Source: Pelomyxa schiedti (Eukaryota > Protista > Evosea). From it: 64,000 nt of DNA. Every line of letters begins with the position of its first letter. The first letter of the stretch is position 1. Below the pieces are notes generated by a model, which had not been told where the DNA came from, ran no database searches, and worked only from the letters and a program-made list of their open reading frames with translations. The position numbers and the translations under genes are program-made. Shown piece after piece: positions 39,948 through 52,857 of the stretch. The DNA is taken from contig JAHLWZ010000171.1 of NCBI GenBank assembly GCA_020536535.1, positions 124,001-188,000 on the forward strand. Direction: 5' to 3'.

Positions 39948-41835
39948 CTATGAGAAATACACCTTCTGGTAGTTGGTAACAGCCTGCCGGCACACTCCGC
40001 ATTGCTTGGTGTTCGACTGAACCTGCTTGGTGCAGGGTGCACAGAATGTATGACCACATGGAATTGCTGCAAATTCGGGAGGGCGCTGGAGGCAGATTGG
40101 ACATCCATCTTTCATAGACAGTTCGGGGTCTGGTCTCTGCAGGGCCTGTTTTGGCAGATTAGAAGAGACAAAAAAACCTGAGGAGGGCACATTTTGCAGT
40201 TCCAAGAGTTCCTTGTGCACTTGCGCCATTTCTAGGCGCTTGTGAGAGTCAAAGACTCTACAGCGCCGTATAAGGCGTACCAAGGCACTCCAGACTACCT
40301 CAGGCCAGACACACCGCTTGTCAAGTAAAGCCGTAATGTCAGTTTTAGAGCCTGACAACATTGTCTCTTTGAGTACACTTGGCGTGGGGATATCTGGGGC
40401 TGTCCTTCCTGTAAGTAGCTCAGTTGCTAAAATCTGTGAATTTGGTTTAGTGTCTTCACTATTGTGCAAAGGAAAGCTTACCCCAAGGGCATAAACGTCA
40501 CTCTTGGGAGTAGGTGTTCCGCTAATTATAGTCCTATTAATGCTGAGCATGTAAGCATAAATAACGGTGGAAGGGTACTCTGGGTCTCCGTATTGCCTTG
40601 GGGTAACAGACCAATAGGTCTTAGTGCAAGAAGCTTTTAACTTTTCTAGAAAGTAGTCTGAGAGTAGGACCGTGTCACTGGCGGAGAATAGTACGTTTGT
40701 TGGCTACATGGAATAAGTGATGTACTAGCAGGTCTAGAAAAAAAACCTTGATATTACCATGTGGAGAAGAGAATCTTGTGTGAAGTACGAGTGCGGCTTC
40801 AGCTAAAAAATTATTTTAAAAAAATGAGACAGAGGAACAGCATTGATGAACATACCTATGCCTACAAGAGCTTTTATTCGTTCTAGCACTTGAAATTCAG
40901 GACAGACCATCTTTTCACACAAGTTGCCATGCGGAGCAAACTCGGTAGCAACAACTATGTCTTTCTTAGCCGTTACTCCTACTTCGACGATATTGGTAAG
41001 ATGAGGGTCTTTTTCTGCTTTCAGATTCTGGTATACTTGTCAACTTCTCAAATAATTAACAGGGAGTAGTTTACATTTAGTTGAACTATGCAATCTTCAG
41101 CATAAGTCATCCTGTCTCCTCCAAAGACCTTGAGTGCTAAGGGACCGTCCTTTGTGCGGATTCTTAGTACTGGCCCAAAGAAGACAGACCCAATTACAGC
41201 CTCGAAAGACACATCCGATCTTGGAAGACTGAGAAAAAAATCTATAGGGTAAAATGCACAAACCTCGAACTTAAAGAGTCGCGCAGTGCTGTAATAAAAG
41301 CCTGGTCCCTACTGGAAACGGCGCCAGGAACAAGGAGGGACTGTGGTGCAGTGTTGGTCACAGTAGCAGGGATCGCAGCTGTGTAGCCTGTGCCTGAGGG
41401 GACAGTGGTTTGCGGCAAGGTTGGACTTGCTAGAACTGGAGCTCGGGAAAGACTCTGGTCAGCGAAGCCTTGGATTTCCCTTAGTGGCAGTACTCTGTTT
41501 TCCATGTTGGGGGCATGTACTTCGCGGTCCGGTATCGACTGCAGATTAGCAACAAAAGACCTCGGCGAGAGGCCAGCAGTAGCTACAACCATAAACGCAG
41601 GGTTCGAGGGAGTTTCTACGATGGGAGGTGTGCCCGTCCGCGGGGGCAGGACCACCATCGGGGAGCCGTACGGGCTTGCTGTTGCCGAGGCAGTAGAAAC
41701 AGGGGCAGTGCGGGAAAAAGTAGAAGTAGTGGGCGTAGTATTAAGCGTCGGCTCTTGTGGCACATCTGCTCGATAATGCTGCCATCCTCGGGTGCTGGCG
41801 CTGGATTCTTGATAAAGCCGGGTGAATTGCGACAT
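39948..41835 (-). CDS. IRAK/Pelle/RLK-like pseudokinase fused to a C-terminal RING-HC finger; start approximate
   Basis: IGSVFFGPV..ALKV; PHGNIKPTNVL; LSDYF; TPKSDVYALG; RING CPIC..IPCGHTFCAPC..CGVCR. Confidence 0.75.
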
Positions 41836-42220
41836 CGACGTGTTTAACAGATCTTGGTTACTCGACGGTGCTGCTGTTGTGGGGTTGGCTGTTGTTGCTC
41901 GGCAGTAGTGCACGGAAATGAGTCTATGTAGGGCATTAGTTTATTATTGAGTAGATCCATCTTACCTTAAACAGGTTGCTGTCGGGGAGTTTTTTGAAAA
42001 AATGATATTTTTTGTCCCCGCCGGTTAAGCGTTGTTGGCCTTCGGCCGTGGAACTCGTAGAAATTTGGTTTATTGACAGCTCAGAAGAATAGGGCAATAG
42101 AAAACAGAAAAAAAAACGGAAAAAGCAATTGCCATCAGTTGCAATAGTCTTTTAGAAACAAACGAGTTTGAAAAAACTCTAAACAGGAAGAGAGGAGGTG
42201 CTAGGGTGACAGTTGGTGTA

Positions 42221-44163
42221 TCAGTGCCTGTGCTTCTTTGGTGATGGGCCCCTGGCCTTGTGCTTGGTATCAGACTCACTCTCACTGCTGGATTTTTTGT
42301 GCTTGTGGTGGTGATGGTGATGGTGGTGTTTGTGCCTGTGTTTGTCTGAGCTTGAGTCAGAGCGGGATTCCTCTTCACTGCTGGATTCTTTGTGTCTGTG
42401 CTTCTTATTGCTGCTGGGTTTACTGTGGCTTGTGGATTCCTTGCTGCTGGGAGATTTGGCCGCAGATTCCCCGGCCGGTGCCTTGCTGCTTGGAGGGGGT
42501 TCTTCTTCACCTTTCATGGATTCCTTGCTGCCACCTGTAGTGGTGGATTCGGGTTTGGGTGATTTGTCAGAAACTTTGGGTGTAGCTGCTTCTGGCTTGC
42601 TCTCCGCGGGTGCGTCATTTTTGTTTGTTGTGGGTTCAACTGATTTTTTGGCTGGTTCTTCATCACCTACTACTGGAGCCTTGCCTTTCTTTGTTGTGTC
42701 TTTACCTTTGTCACTTTCACTGCCACTGGATGACCTCTTACGCTTCCGATCCTTGTGTCCTTTTGATGAGGAAGACTCTGGCTCGGGCTCGATGACATAA
42801 GTTGTGTCTCCTTTCAGGAATTTTACTATACGCTTTATAACATCTGTCTTGTTGCAGCCAGTGGTCCTCAACCTGTTATCCTTGCACCACTGTCGGAGTT
42901 CCCCTTCAGAAAAAGTTATAACAGCACGAATTCAAGGGGAAAAAAAAACCTATGTAGTAACTCTGCTCAAGTTCCTCCTTCGTAATGCCTTTTTCAATGG
43001 GGGGTTTTGGATCATTGGAATCGTCTTCTACAACCCTCTTTTTCTTTCCTTTCGCAGGCTAAAGTTCGATTATTGGTTGCACCAGTGGAAAGGGTAAGCC
43101 TACCACTCCAGTGACAACAGCGTCAACTAATTGTTGCTTTGTGAAGAGCTTGCAGTCACCAAGCCCAAGTGCCTCATATGCTTCAATAAGCATCCCCATG
43201 GTACACTAAACAGCCATGTGTGGAAGGAGGGATTAAAAAGCACTAACCTGAGATAAAAAGAAGGACATCCCCTTTAACAGCAGGTCATTTGCCACTTTTT
43301 TTGCCATTTTCCCTTCATCACGCTTGCAGCTAGTCAAATAAGGAACAAAACGATCGGTGAGGTTCCAAGAGAGAAGTAGATTACTCTGAAATGTCTAAAT
43401 AGAGGTTATCAGCAATTATCCTCAGCTGGGGTAGTTCAAGTCCATCCAACCAGGGCTGAAAAGTACTGTTATAATAGGTCATTTGGAAGTAACAAGAGTA
43501 CTAACTTCAACACCAATTTCCTCCATTTTGGCAATAAGGCACTTGACATAAGCTGCTTTGGATGTATACTTCCTATCATCCTCAAACACAACAATTTTAA
43601 TGAGGGCGTCTTTATTCAAGCCAGTTGATGCATATTTTGCTGCCATTTTATAAACTTGTGCCTCCTTCAAACACCAGTTAAGTTACTATTTATTTGACCT
43701 CTAAAGTCCCACTTAAAAAGACCTAATTCATGTGTTTTAGGTAGCGCAACCAAACTTTAAAGTTTATATATATAAAAAAGAAATGCAAAAGAAAACACAA
43801 ACAAACCAGCAGTGCGTCAACGAGCTTCTCCTTGCGCAATTTGCGTCGGCCGCGCAGCCGATGAGGCCACAAGGCCTCATTTGCCAGAATAGTGTCGGGA
43901 TTCACGTTGTGCAGCGAAAGCAGCCTCTTTTTGAGCGAGCTGCCAATCGCGCCCAGAAACACCTGCAGCCTCTCGGCACCAGATACACTTTCAGCAGCAC
44001 CACGCGACGGCGACGGAGGCGTGGCGGCGCTGCTCGACTTGGAAGACGCAGACGACGACGCTGCGGATTTGGTGCTGCTAGATGTGGTTGTGGTGGACGA
44101 GGTGGATTCTTTGGAAGATGAGCGGTCCGGTGACGTCCCTTTGGTCTTGCTGGATGAAGACAT
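42221..44163 (-). CDS. Nuclear-type protein with SAP-like helical repeat(s) and a Lys/Ser/His-rich tail
   Basis: ELRQWCKDNRLRTTGCNKTDVIKRIVKFL is SAP-like; basic NLS-like KDRKRKR; poly-His HHHHHHHH. Confidence 0.5.
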
Positions 44164-45079
44164 GTCCTAGCAGGTTCTCTTAATTTTTTTTTTTTTTTGA
44201 GTTTTTCGTTTGGTTTGTTAAGATTTGGATCGGCGGCCGAGTGTATGTGTCTTAGAGGCTACTCCGAGGGCGTTGTGGTTATGCAGTAACTGGTGGCTCA
44301 GGAGAATCCCCTAAGCCATGCCTATGACATATCCACTTCCAGGAAATCACATGCTTGGCCTCCTCGGACAATCAGAGGTCCCTCTGCAAGACGTATGCTC
44401 CTCCCTATCCGCACGATGGTGGAGAAGCATGTACAACTTGGAGGTTGGTTGCATTTACCGAAGTGTGAGGGGTGTGCCGCGTGGTACTCTTCAAGTCGAC
44501 TTCAGAGATCCTCCGAGGCTCTAATTCTGGCGCTGCATTTTTCGTTGATCGGTGGAGAAATAGATACATCTGGCTGAATAGAATAATCAACAGACCGGAA
44601 CGCTGTCATTTTCCTTATCGTCGCTCAGGATCGGCGGTCTGGTGTTTTTTTTATTTCGCCATCTTCTGTGCCCCCTATGGTGCACAACTGCTGCACGTAA
44701 CCCAAACTGCAGTTTTATCTTTGCCTATTTTGGAAACTGTACAAACCTGTAATAGCGGTTTTCGCCCGAGTGAGCTGGATCCCGCGGAAAAAACCGAAAT
44801 TTCTTGGTCCACTAACGCACGACGATTTCAAGTACCGTGGTACTTCTCCTCGAAAAAGCAGTGGGGTAACGAACGCAGTGAGCTGTCATCTCCATCAATC
44901 ACTTCATATTCTCCTTTCACTTAAACACAAGTCTCCATCAGGTTTTTGCAATCGTCACAGGTTCTCTACCACTCTTTTTTTTTCCCCTGTCTTTCTTTTT
45001 TATTCCGGTATTTATTTGCCAGCTATACAGGCCACTGTTACTTAATAGAACTACCCTACCACTCTTCTGCCAATTTACC

Positions 45080-46862
45080 ATGTCGGATTATCTGGGTATG
45101 ATGCTGAAACTCACAGAGATGGAACGCCACCAGTCCGTCCTGGACTTCGCCACTCTGCAAAGCCAACCCCTGTCTCAGTGGGAGCAGGAACAACATAACA
45201 ATCCAAATCCAAGCCCAAGCCAAAGCCCAATTCCACCCCTGGTCAGGAACTGTCCAACACCATCACTGGATAGCGATAATTCACTGGGTACTCATATTTT
45301 CAATGGGGCTACGCGCGGGGTTCCTACTGGCTTGCCTGTCTCTTCCTGCTCTCCTGAGTATACTCAGGCGTGTACGGCACTGCGCTCTTTGACACCTTGC
45401 AGTAAGCCAATAGTTGTGAGAGACTTAGCGCCAGGTGTTAGCAGCGGAATCGGCAAGGAAAGGGAAATGTACAATGGCAATAAAGCTCAAGCTAATTATA
45501 ACCTTTCGTGCACTCCGCCGCCACGTGTGGATCAGCCTGTTAATCCAAGAGAATATTTGAGTGATTCAACTCCGACCACCTCCTCTGTTTCTGTACCGGT
45601 TCGTCCGGGTCAAAGTGGAGATGATGACAACGAAGGGGAGTCTCTTCATGAGCTGGACTCACAAGATACCAAGAAAGGGGAGTCCCAAGAAACTCCCCTT
45701 TCTTGTATTAGTGGACTGGACACCGCGGACGACGACAACAGTAGTTACAGTCCAATTCGGGTTACATTGCCTTCAACGAAACTTTACTTCGGAAAACCAC
45801 TCAAGGTAATAAGGGCTCCTTAGTCTTGCACTAACATTAGTAACAGTTAAGCATATGTGTGGTTAGATCCTGGCGTCTAGCAGTAGGCATCCCTCAGCGT
45901 CAAATTTTTACAGCCGGTTTGAATATGACCTGTATTAGTGCCCTCTCTGCTGAATCGTTTGTCCCTTCTGGTAAACACCAACTTGTATTTTTTTTTTCTT
46001 TACCCACATTAGAAGTACATTGCTTCAAATGCAGAAAATATACTGGACGACAGGGAAAAGTGTTTAAAGTATGCTAGCTTCTCTTACTTTGTACTCTACC
46101 CTTAAATATTAGGTGTGGGTGGACAACTACTTCCCTGAGGGCTTGGAGGACTCACCTATAGAAAAGTACTGCTTTGTGATCCAGTCTTTGTGTAGCTCGT
46201 CACGGTTTGTCCCTACTTCAATCAAAGGGTTGAATCTCGCGTTAACCACTCTTTGCAGTGATCACCTTGGAGGAGCTGTACGTTTCTCAATAAACCTTGG
46301 AAATCTGACAGCCGCAAGCCGGCCACTACATCTAAGAGCACGCATCAAAAAGCCTCTGAATCCATCAGGACCAAAGGTGCCCAGTTCCAAAACCCAAAAG
46401 GAGATGCAAAAACGTATTCAACACTTGTCCCCATTTTTAATCTAATTCCGCTCCTGGCAGCTGTGGATGAGAATAGTGCACTCGTGCCCAGTATCCCATG
46501 GCACATTCCAACCAAGTGGACAACAACAGTACCAGGTACATTGATATTCACACAGTAGCATGAACCTCTCACCATAATTTCACCAACCAGTCACTGTCCG
46601 CATCTTGACAATCAAGCTGCCTAGTGATGTTGTAGCAAATGCGGTTGTTCAGCACCGCTCCTTCCGTATGCCTGGAGCTCACTTTCAAAGTGCACAAATG
46701 GTAGAGGCAAAGGCCCCATCAAATGGAATATGGGCCATAGTCACTCTGTTTGAAAACTTGGAAGCTGCCGAACTGTCAAACAACGCATGGTCCACTGCAA
46801 TGAGGCACATAATCGATGCTGGGTTTATACAACTTCATACACTGTTTCGTAGCTGGGAGTGA
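45080..46862 (+). CDS. Putative amoebozoan CudA-like transcription factor
   Basis: Low-complexity N-terminus, then a domain with HCFKC...YCFVIQSLCSSSR|DHLGGAVRFSINLG..SRPLHLRAR. The C-x-SSR-x-HL pattern resembles CudA-type DNA-binding cores (recalled, not searched). Confidence 0.4.
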
Positions 46863-47077
46863 AAGACCCTCACCGAGCATGTTGCTACTACTGTCTTATC
46901 TGTGGATACATAATCTGTTTTTGCTCTATCCCATCCAACATTTAACTTTGCTTGGGTGTGATTAGAGAGGAAGGGAAGGGGAAAGAAACAAAACAATCGT
47001 ATTTATTTTTATTTCTTTTTTTCTCCGTTTTTTTTTTTCGTCTCCTCAACAGGCGGAAAAACAATACGAAACGAAAA

Positions 47078-47974
47078 ATGTCTACGGCGTACGGCACACC
47101 AGCCAAATACAACCCTGATGCCCCACGGGTGGACCTGAGTCTCCCTTGGCGTGACGTTCTGCCCAATGTTGGTCCCGTAATCTTGTGTGCGTTGGATAAC
47201 AGTCCTAAACCGTACCCAACGTTGGAATAACTCTTTTCGAACATAGGCCGTATGGAATCACAACACATTCCTGTAGTGAGAGATATCCTCAATTTCGAAA
47301 TCGAGCAAGGTTGTCTAGTTACTTAGCTTCCAGTCTCCAGCACTGCGAATTCTCTAACTTTTTTTATAACCATGTTATTTTTCTAGGCAATTCTTACCCG
47401 CAAGAAAATCCTCTTTCTACTGAGGAATTCTGTAACTATTTTTTAAGGTGCGTGCATGTGAAGCACGAGACTCTGATGTTTATTTCTAAACTTCGAAATT
47501 GAAGCCATGAAGCATTTGTGCTTTGTCACGATGTGATGCAAAGAGATGTCATAGGAGCATTTTATGTAAAGCCGAACTTCCCAGGCCGCGCATCCCACGT
47601 GTGCAATGGAGGATTTCTGGTTGCAGTGAGTCAACGCAACAAAGGAGTAGGCAAATATCTAGCTGCTTCCTTTTTGAGAATAGCAAAGCTTTTAGGATAC
47701 CGCGCGTACGTATTCCCCATTCACTTCACCCCTACTGTCATTTGCCAACTGCATTCAACACTGAGCAGGAGTTTCTTTAACCTGGTTTTTGGGAACAACC
47801 CTGCATCATTAAGATTGTGGAGAAGTTCTGGGTTTACCGAAACTGGCGTAGTTCCAAACTGTAAGAACTTATCCATTTTCCAAACCCGAAACAACTTATT
47901 CCTCCAAAGGTTTGAGACTAAAGGACGGCACCTACACTACTGCGCACCAATTCTACCACGATTTGAGTAATTGA
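47078..47974 (+). CDS. GNAT N-acetyltransferase, Mpr1/Spt10-like
   Basis: GNSYPQE..F.NYF; GAFYVKPNFPGRASHVCNGGFLV; QRNKGVG; FNLVFGNNPASLRLW. Confidence 0.85.
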
Positions 47975-48030
47975 TTTAGTTTTGCAAGAAAAACTGGGGC
48001 AATAAATAATGACTTTTGGCTCTTTTTGGT

Positions 48031-49330
48031 TTAGTCCCAGGCGTGACCAGCACAGTTCAATACCAGATCAGAGCACTTGTGCTTGTACAAACGGACCAAA
48101 GCGGCACGGGCAGGGGTGAAGTACTGCCTTGGGTCAAAGTGGTCTGGGTGTAAGGCCATATACTCCCTGATTGCAGCTGTCATTGCCAAGCGGCCGTCTG
48201 TGTGTGGAGTTGGGTCAAGGTGTGATTGGTGTGGGATTTGGCTAACCAGAATCAATGTTGACCTTGCACACAGCGGACCTCACAGCTTCCCTTATTTGCT
48301 CCTCGGGGATACCAATTGCATCATCAAGGTGTCCACCGTACTTGTTGATTGTAGCCACGTGCTCCTGTGGGACTGAGCTAGACCCATGCATGACAATGGG
48401 GAACCCAGGGATACGTCTTTCAATCTCGTGAAGAATATCCAACCTGATCTAGTACGGGTGAGGAAAGGAGAAGAGGCAAGGTAAAAGCTTACTCTGGGTG
48501 ATGTTCCAGGCTTGAACTTATAAGCACCATGGGAAGTACCAATGGAAATTGCCAAACAGTCAACACCAGTCTTTCGAACAAAGTCTTCCACTTCATCAGG
48601 GCGCGTGAAGTGAGCACTTTCGTGGGAGACCTCATCTTCAACACCTGACAGAACTCCAAGTTCACCTTCAACCTAAGGACAGAGTTACGGCCTCCCAAAA
48701 AAATAAATGCCCTACCGTGACGTCGCGAGCATGAGCATACTCAACAACACGGCGTGTAACTTCGACGTTCTTGTCATAAGGCAATGCTGATCCATCAAAC
48801 ATAACATTGGAGAATCTGATGAATTGTGTTTAGAATCACGGGCATAATAAGCGGAAACCCTACCCTGAATCAATGCAAGATACGCAAGTCTCGTAACTAT
48901 CGCCGTGATCCAAGTTCAATACAATAGGAATACCTTTATCGTGTGAGTGCTTTTGTTAGAAGGAAATGTTATCAATACCCTTGTCATCGTGTGCAAGTTC
49001 CTTGGAGTACTCAACGGCACCTTGTGCCAAAAACCTCAAAAGAGTTTGGTTGGCATACTGTATGGGGGGGAAAGGCGTAAGTTAGTTGAAAGTACAAAGT
49101 ACACAACGCGTAAAGAGGAAAATTACCGCTCTAGCTCCCTTGGAGACTTGGAGAATAACAGGCGACCTCGTTTCAACACAAGCTTGGATAATGGCCTGCA
49201 TTTGCTCGAGGTTGTTGAAGTTGAAGCCGGGAACAGCAAACCCGCCGGTAACAGCACGGGCGAAGATGTCACGCGTGTTGACTAGGCCCAGTGACTTGTA
49301 CGAGATTTTAGGTGTCGCGGTGGCTGCCAT
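48031..49330 (-). CDS. fba: Fructose-1,6-bisphosphate aldolase, class II
   Basis: [17 protein letters not shown]; LNLDHGD; MFDGS; [13 protein letters not shown]; [14 protein letters not shown]; VMHGSSS; CKVNIDSDGRLA; FDPRQY. Confidence 0.96.
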
Positions 49331-49512
49331 GTTGGATCTTATCTTTGGTTGTTTATTATTTTTTTATGATTTTTTTCTGTCTTTTAAGTGATCGGGGCTT
49401 CTAATTTACGAGTTTGACGAAGGAACACTCAAATAAAAATTATCCATGAAACGCTCCAGAAGTTATTTTTATCTTGGTTTGATGTGTGGGTCTCGTTTGA
49501 CACATTGTCAGG

Positions 49513-50772
49513 TCAGTACTTTGTTCTGTAGATGTCAACCTCAATGGATGTGCCTGAGAACCCAAGCTGTTTCTCCAACTGCAAAAGTTGCTGCAGGAAT
49601 CCAGTGTTTGGGTGCACAACGGGCCTTGCAGTTGCTACAATTGCAAGTGCGTCACTGGCGTTGCAGTGCCGCAGTTGCATGAGGCATGCAATCGCAATTG
49701 TGGGAGACCTGCTCACGCCGGCAGCACAATGTATCAACACCCTGCTTTTTGGATTGGATTGTGCAGTTTTGACAAAGTCAAAGGCTGGCTGGAAGAATGG
49801 ATGAATTTGGGCTGTGCAGTGGTCTTCTACGGATATTGACATGTGAGTGATGCCATTTGTGCTGATCATATCTTGGATTGGTTGGTCTAATGGGCACACA
49901 CTTATCACATGGCTGAACTTGAGTCCGGAAAAAATGTGAGGGGTTGTTAGGGATGCCATTGGTCCTAGATATAGAAAATCTGGCATGGGATTAGTGACTA
50001 TATTTATTACCATATTAAAATATATTATTATTTATTATTATAATATAGGAGCTGAATTATTCACCTTTTACGATCATGCAAGGAAATGCTTCAACATCTG
50101 GAGTGCCTGGTGGGTTTGGTATCATAGAGAAGAACTTGGCTGGAGCCGTGGGACTCCCAGAGCAACAGAGCAGACTGTATTCTGCTGAAAATTGCTGGAA
50201 TCCACCAACCAGCATTGAGAGTGTGACTTCCGGAAGCGGATCACCGCCAAGTTGTGAGCTGGACTCCTGACGTCGGCAAATTATGGGAATAAGGCTCTGC
50301 AGATGCGGGCATGTGCGGACCATGTCAAGTGCACAAGTGCTCCCAGAGTCAATAAGAAGAACATTTGTTCTTTGTCTCCAGGCCAAACGTTGTTGCCTTG
50401 GAAATTGTTAATTGCAATTGTGCAAATCTTTGCGAAATTAATCTGATTTAATTCAGGCACAACAGACACCATTACAAAGGCGAACCCACTCATTCATTTA
50501 TTTACGGTGGGAAGTAAGAGACTGGCAGAAAGGAAATAGGTCCAGATGTCTTGAAGCCTGAGCAATCAGGCACGTTAAAAGAGTGCACGATATGACAGCT
50601 GTCAAACTCTGCATTTGGCACACCTCATTACAAAAGGAAAAAAACCAAAAAAAAAAAACTGGGTGCCACCTGCTCTAGACCTTACATCGAGAACCAGAAG
50701 CTGACCACACAGCAAAGAGTTGTACACGTCGTCACACACTCGTTCAGCAATAACGCCCGTAACGGCAGCCAT
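49513..50772 (-). CDS. Dual-specificity (MAPK-type) phosphatase with an N-terminal rhodanese-like domain
   Basis: First exon MAAVTG...LLVLDVRSRA; LVGGFQQFSAEY; catalytic VLIHCAAGVSRSPTIAIACLM; PNTGFLQQL. Confidence 0.9.
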
Positions 50773-51602
50773 TCTCTCGGAAATCTCTAATCAACAGAAG
50801 CAAACTAAAAAACCAAAACAAGGACACTGAGTCACTCACGATGTTGTGGACTGTGATGGTTGCATTGGGGTGCACGGAGGCCGTAATGGTGACTGCAATT
50901 TTGGCGCCTCTGCCGATCAAATTCCGGGCGTGGTGCGTGAACTCATTCGCTAGGGTTTGCAACCAGAAGTACATCAAGTACGTACGTGTGGCCAAGCTTT
51001 GCTTGTGAATTCTAATTAAAAGACATAATTTTGTTTTTGCTGCAACTAACACAATAAACATCACCACAATTACTTGACAAACAGATGGGCTCTGGCTACT
51101 ATTGGTGTGGTTGTGTTCCTGTCATTCATTGAGTCTATTCGTAAAGCGCAGCAAGTGTACACTGAACTGCACTCAAGTCACGAAAAAGCCCATATGGCCA
51201 CTGTAACTTATAATCTGTGAGTATCTCGCTTTTTCCCTCCATTTAGTTTATTTTTTGACCGTTCAATTAGGTTGTTTATGTCACAGAGAAACGAGGTTGT
51301 TTTTACCCCCTTTTTACTAGTTTCCTCAAAATCCAATAGTACATCAGTGGAGCGACATTGTTTTTGTTCTACGTTCTGTGGCGGCTGAGCTATTTCTGCT
51401 CCACAATAGAAAAAAACTACAACACCAAAAAACAATAAACCACAGAACTCCATCATCGACAAAACATAAGTTACAGAACATGTGACCTAGGGAGAGTCTC
51501 CCCCCCCTCGAGGGTGCTCAGGGATCTACTACTTAATGGCAAATAAGAAATTTCGCTTTTTTTTAATTTTTTTTTTTTTCTTTTCAGTCATACACTAAGA
51601 AA

Positions 51603-52587
51603 ATGCTAGTCTTCGTGAAGGGAGTGTCGGGGGAGACGATGACATTTCAGGTCAGCCCCATGCAGACCGTGTCGTCGTTCAAGTGCATGCTAGAGTACAA
51701 ATTGGGTCGGCAACAGCCCCCACATCTTTCGACTAGAGTCACTCTGACTTTTTTTTTTTTTTTATTACTCCACCAGGCACGTTGTTGGGAAATGAGAGAC
51801 TTCTGTTTGGTGGTAAGCAACTTGTGGACGAAGCTACGTTGGCTGACTATGATGTGAGAAATGAGTCCACTATACATTTGACCCTCTCTCTACTTGGTGG
51901 ACTGGTACTTTGTTTATTTTTTTTGTATTTATTTTTCCTGGTTTTTTTTTTAATGGTCGTTAGTTGCCTTCATCCCTGTTAAGAACAGCCGTGGGGCATC
52001 AAATGGTGATTCCCTCTCTCCTTCAAGCACTTGGTTTTACATTTTTACATATATATTATCTTCCAGCTTGTTGAACTTAAAAATGGTGAAACTTACAATG
52101 GACAACTTGTGAGCTGTGATGCATGGATGAATATCATACTGCGTAAAGTTACTTGCACATCCAGAGATTGTGAAAAGTTCTGGAGAATCACGCATTGCTA
52201 CATCAAAGGCACCACAGTAAAATATCTGAACTTAGAAGAAGAGGTTCTGGAGAAAGTTGAAGCACCAGGTAAAAGACACATCACACAACCGCGCCCAACA
52301 ACACAAAAAGCCCCAAATATCCTACATACCTCCCTCCCTCCCTACCTACCTACCCACAATCGACACCAAATAACTTTACCACAGCAGCTCCAGCCACACC
52401 CGAGGAAATGACCGAAGCCGCGCCGCCCCCAACCACCGGCGGCCGCGGAGGAGGCAGAGGCCGAGGCAGAGGCAAAAGCGGACCCCCAGGGGGCATGGGC
52501 CCAGGGGGCCGCGGGGGAGGCGGCTCGGGGGGTGCTGGTGCTGGGCCAGGTGGAAGGGGAAGGGGCCGCCAACGCCGCAACACTTGA
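51603..52587 (+). CDS. LSM4: Ubiquitin-like domain (76 aa, ends LLGG) fused in frame to the Sm-like protein LSm4 with an RG-rich tail
   Basis: Predicted exons 51603-51705, 51777-51904, 51964-52005, 52067-52268 and 52385-52587. Ubl: [10 protein letters not shown]...[22 protein letters not shown]. LSm4: [57 protein letters not shown]. Tail [12 protein letters not shown]. Confidence 0.88.
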
Positions 52588-52857
52588 AGCTTGGAGCGAC
52601 GCCCTTGTGTCCTTTGCGTGGCTTTCCTTGCAAACAAACAAATAACCAACCAACCAAACAAACGAACACCATACAACCAAACACACGAACCAAGAAAACA
52701 GACCACCAACAAGAATAAGGCACACCACACACTAAAAAGAAGTAAAGAAAACAGAACTGTTGGAACTGTTTTTTTTTTTAACTTGCTACCCTTATGGCTT
52801 ATTCACCCACACTGTCCCTCCAATCTATTTGAATTAAGTTAGATACAAAAGTTGATT

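Noticed and set aside
51485-51530. Short palindromes (GGAGAGTCTCC, CCTCGAGG) upstream of the Ubl-LSm4 gene as an ncRNA
   Set aside because: Too short, with no tRNA, snRNA or snoRNA box motifs to support a call
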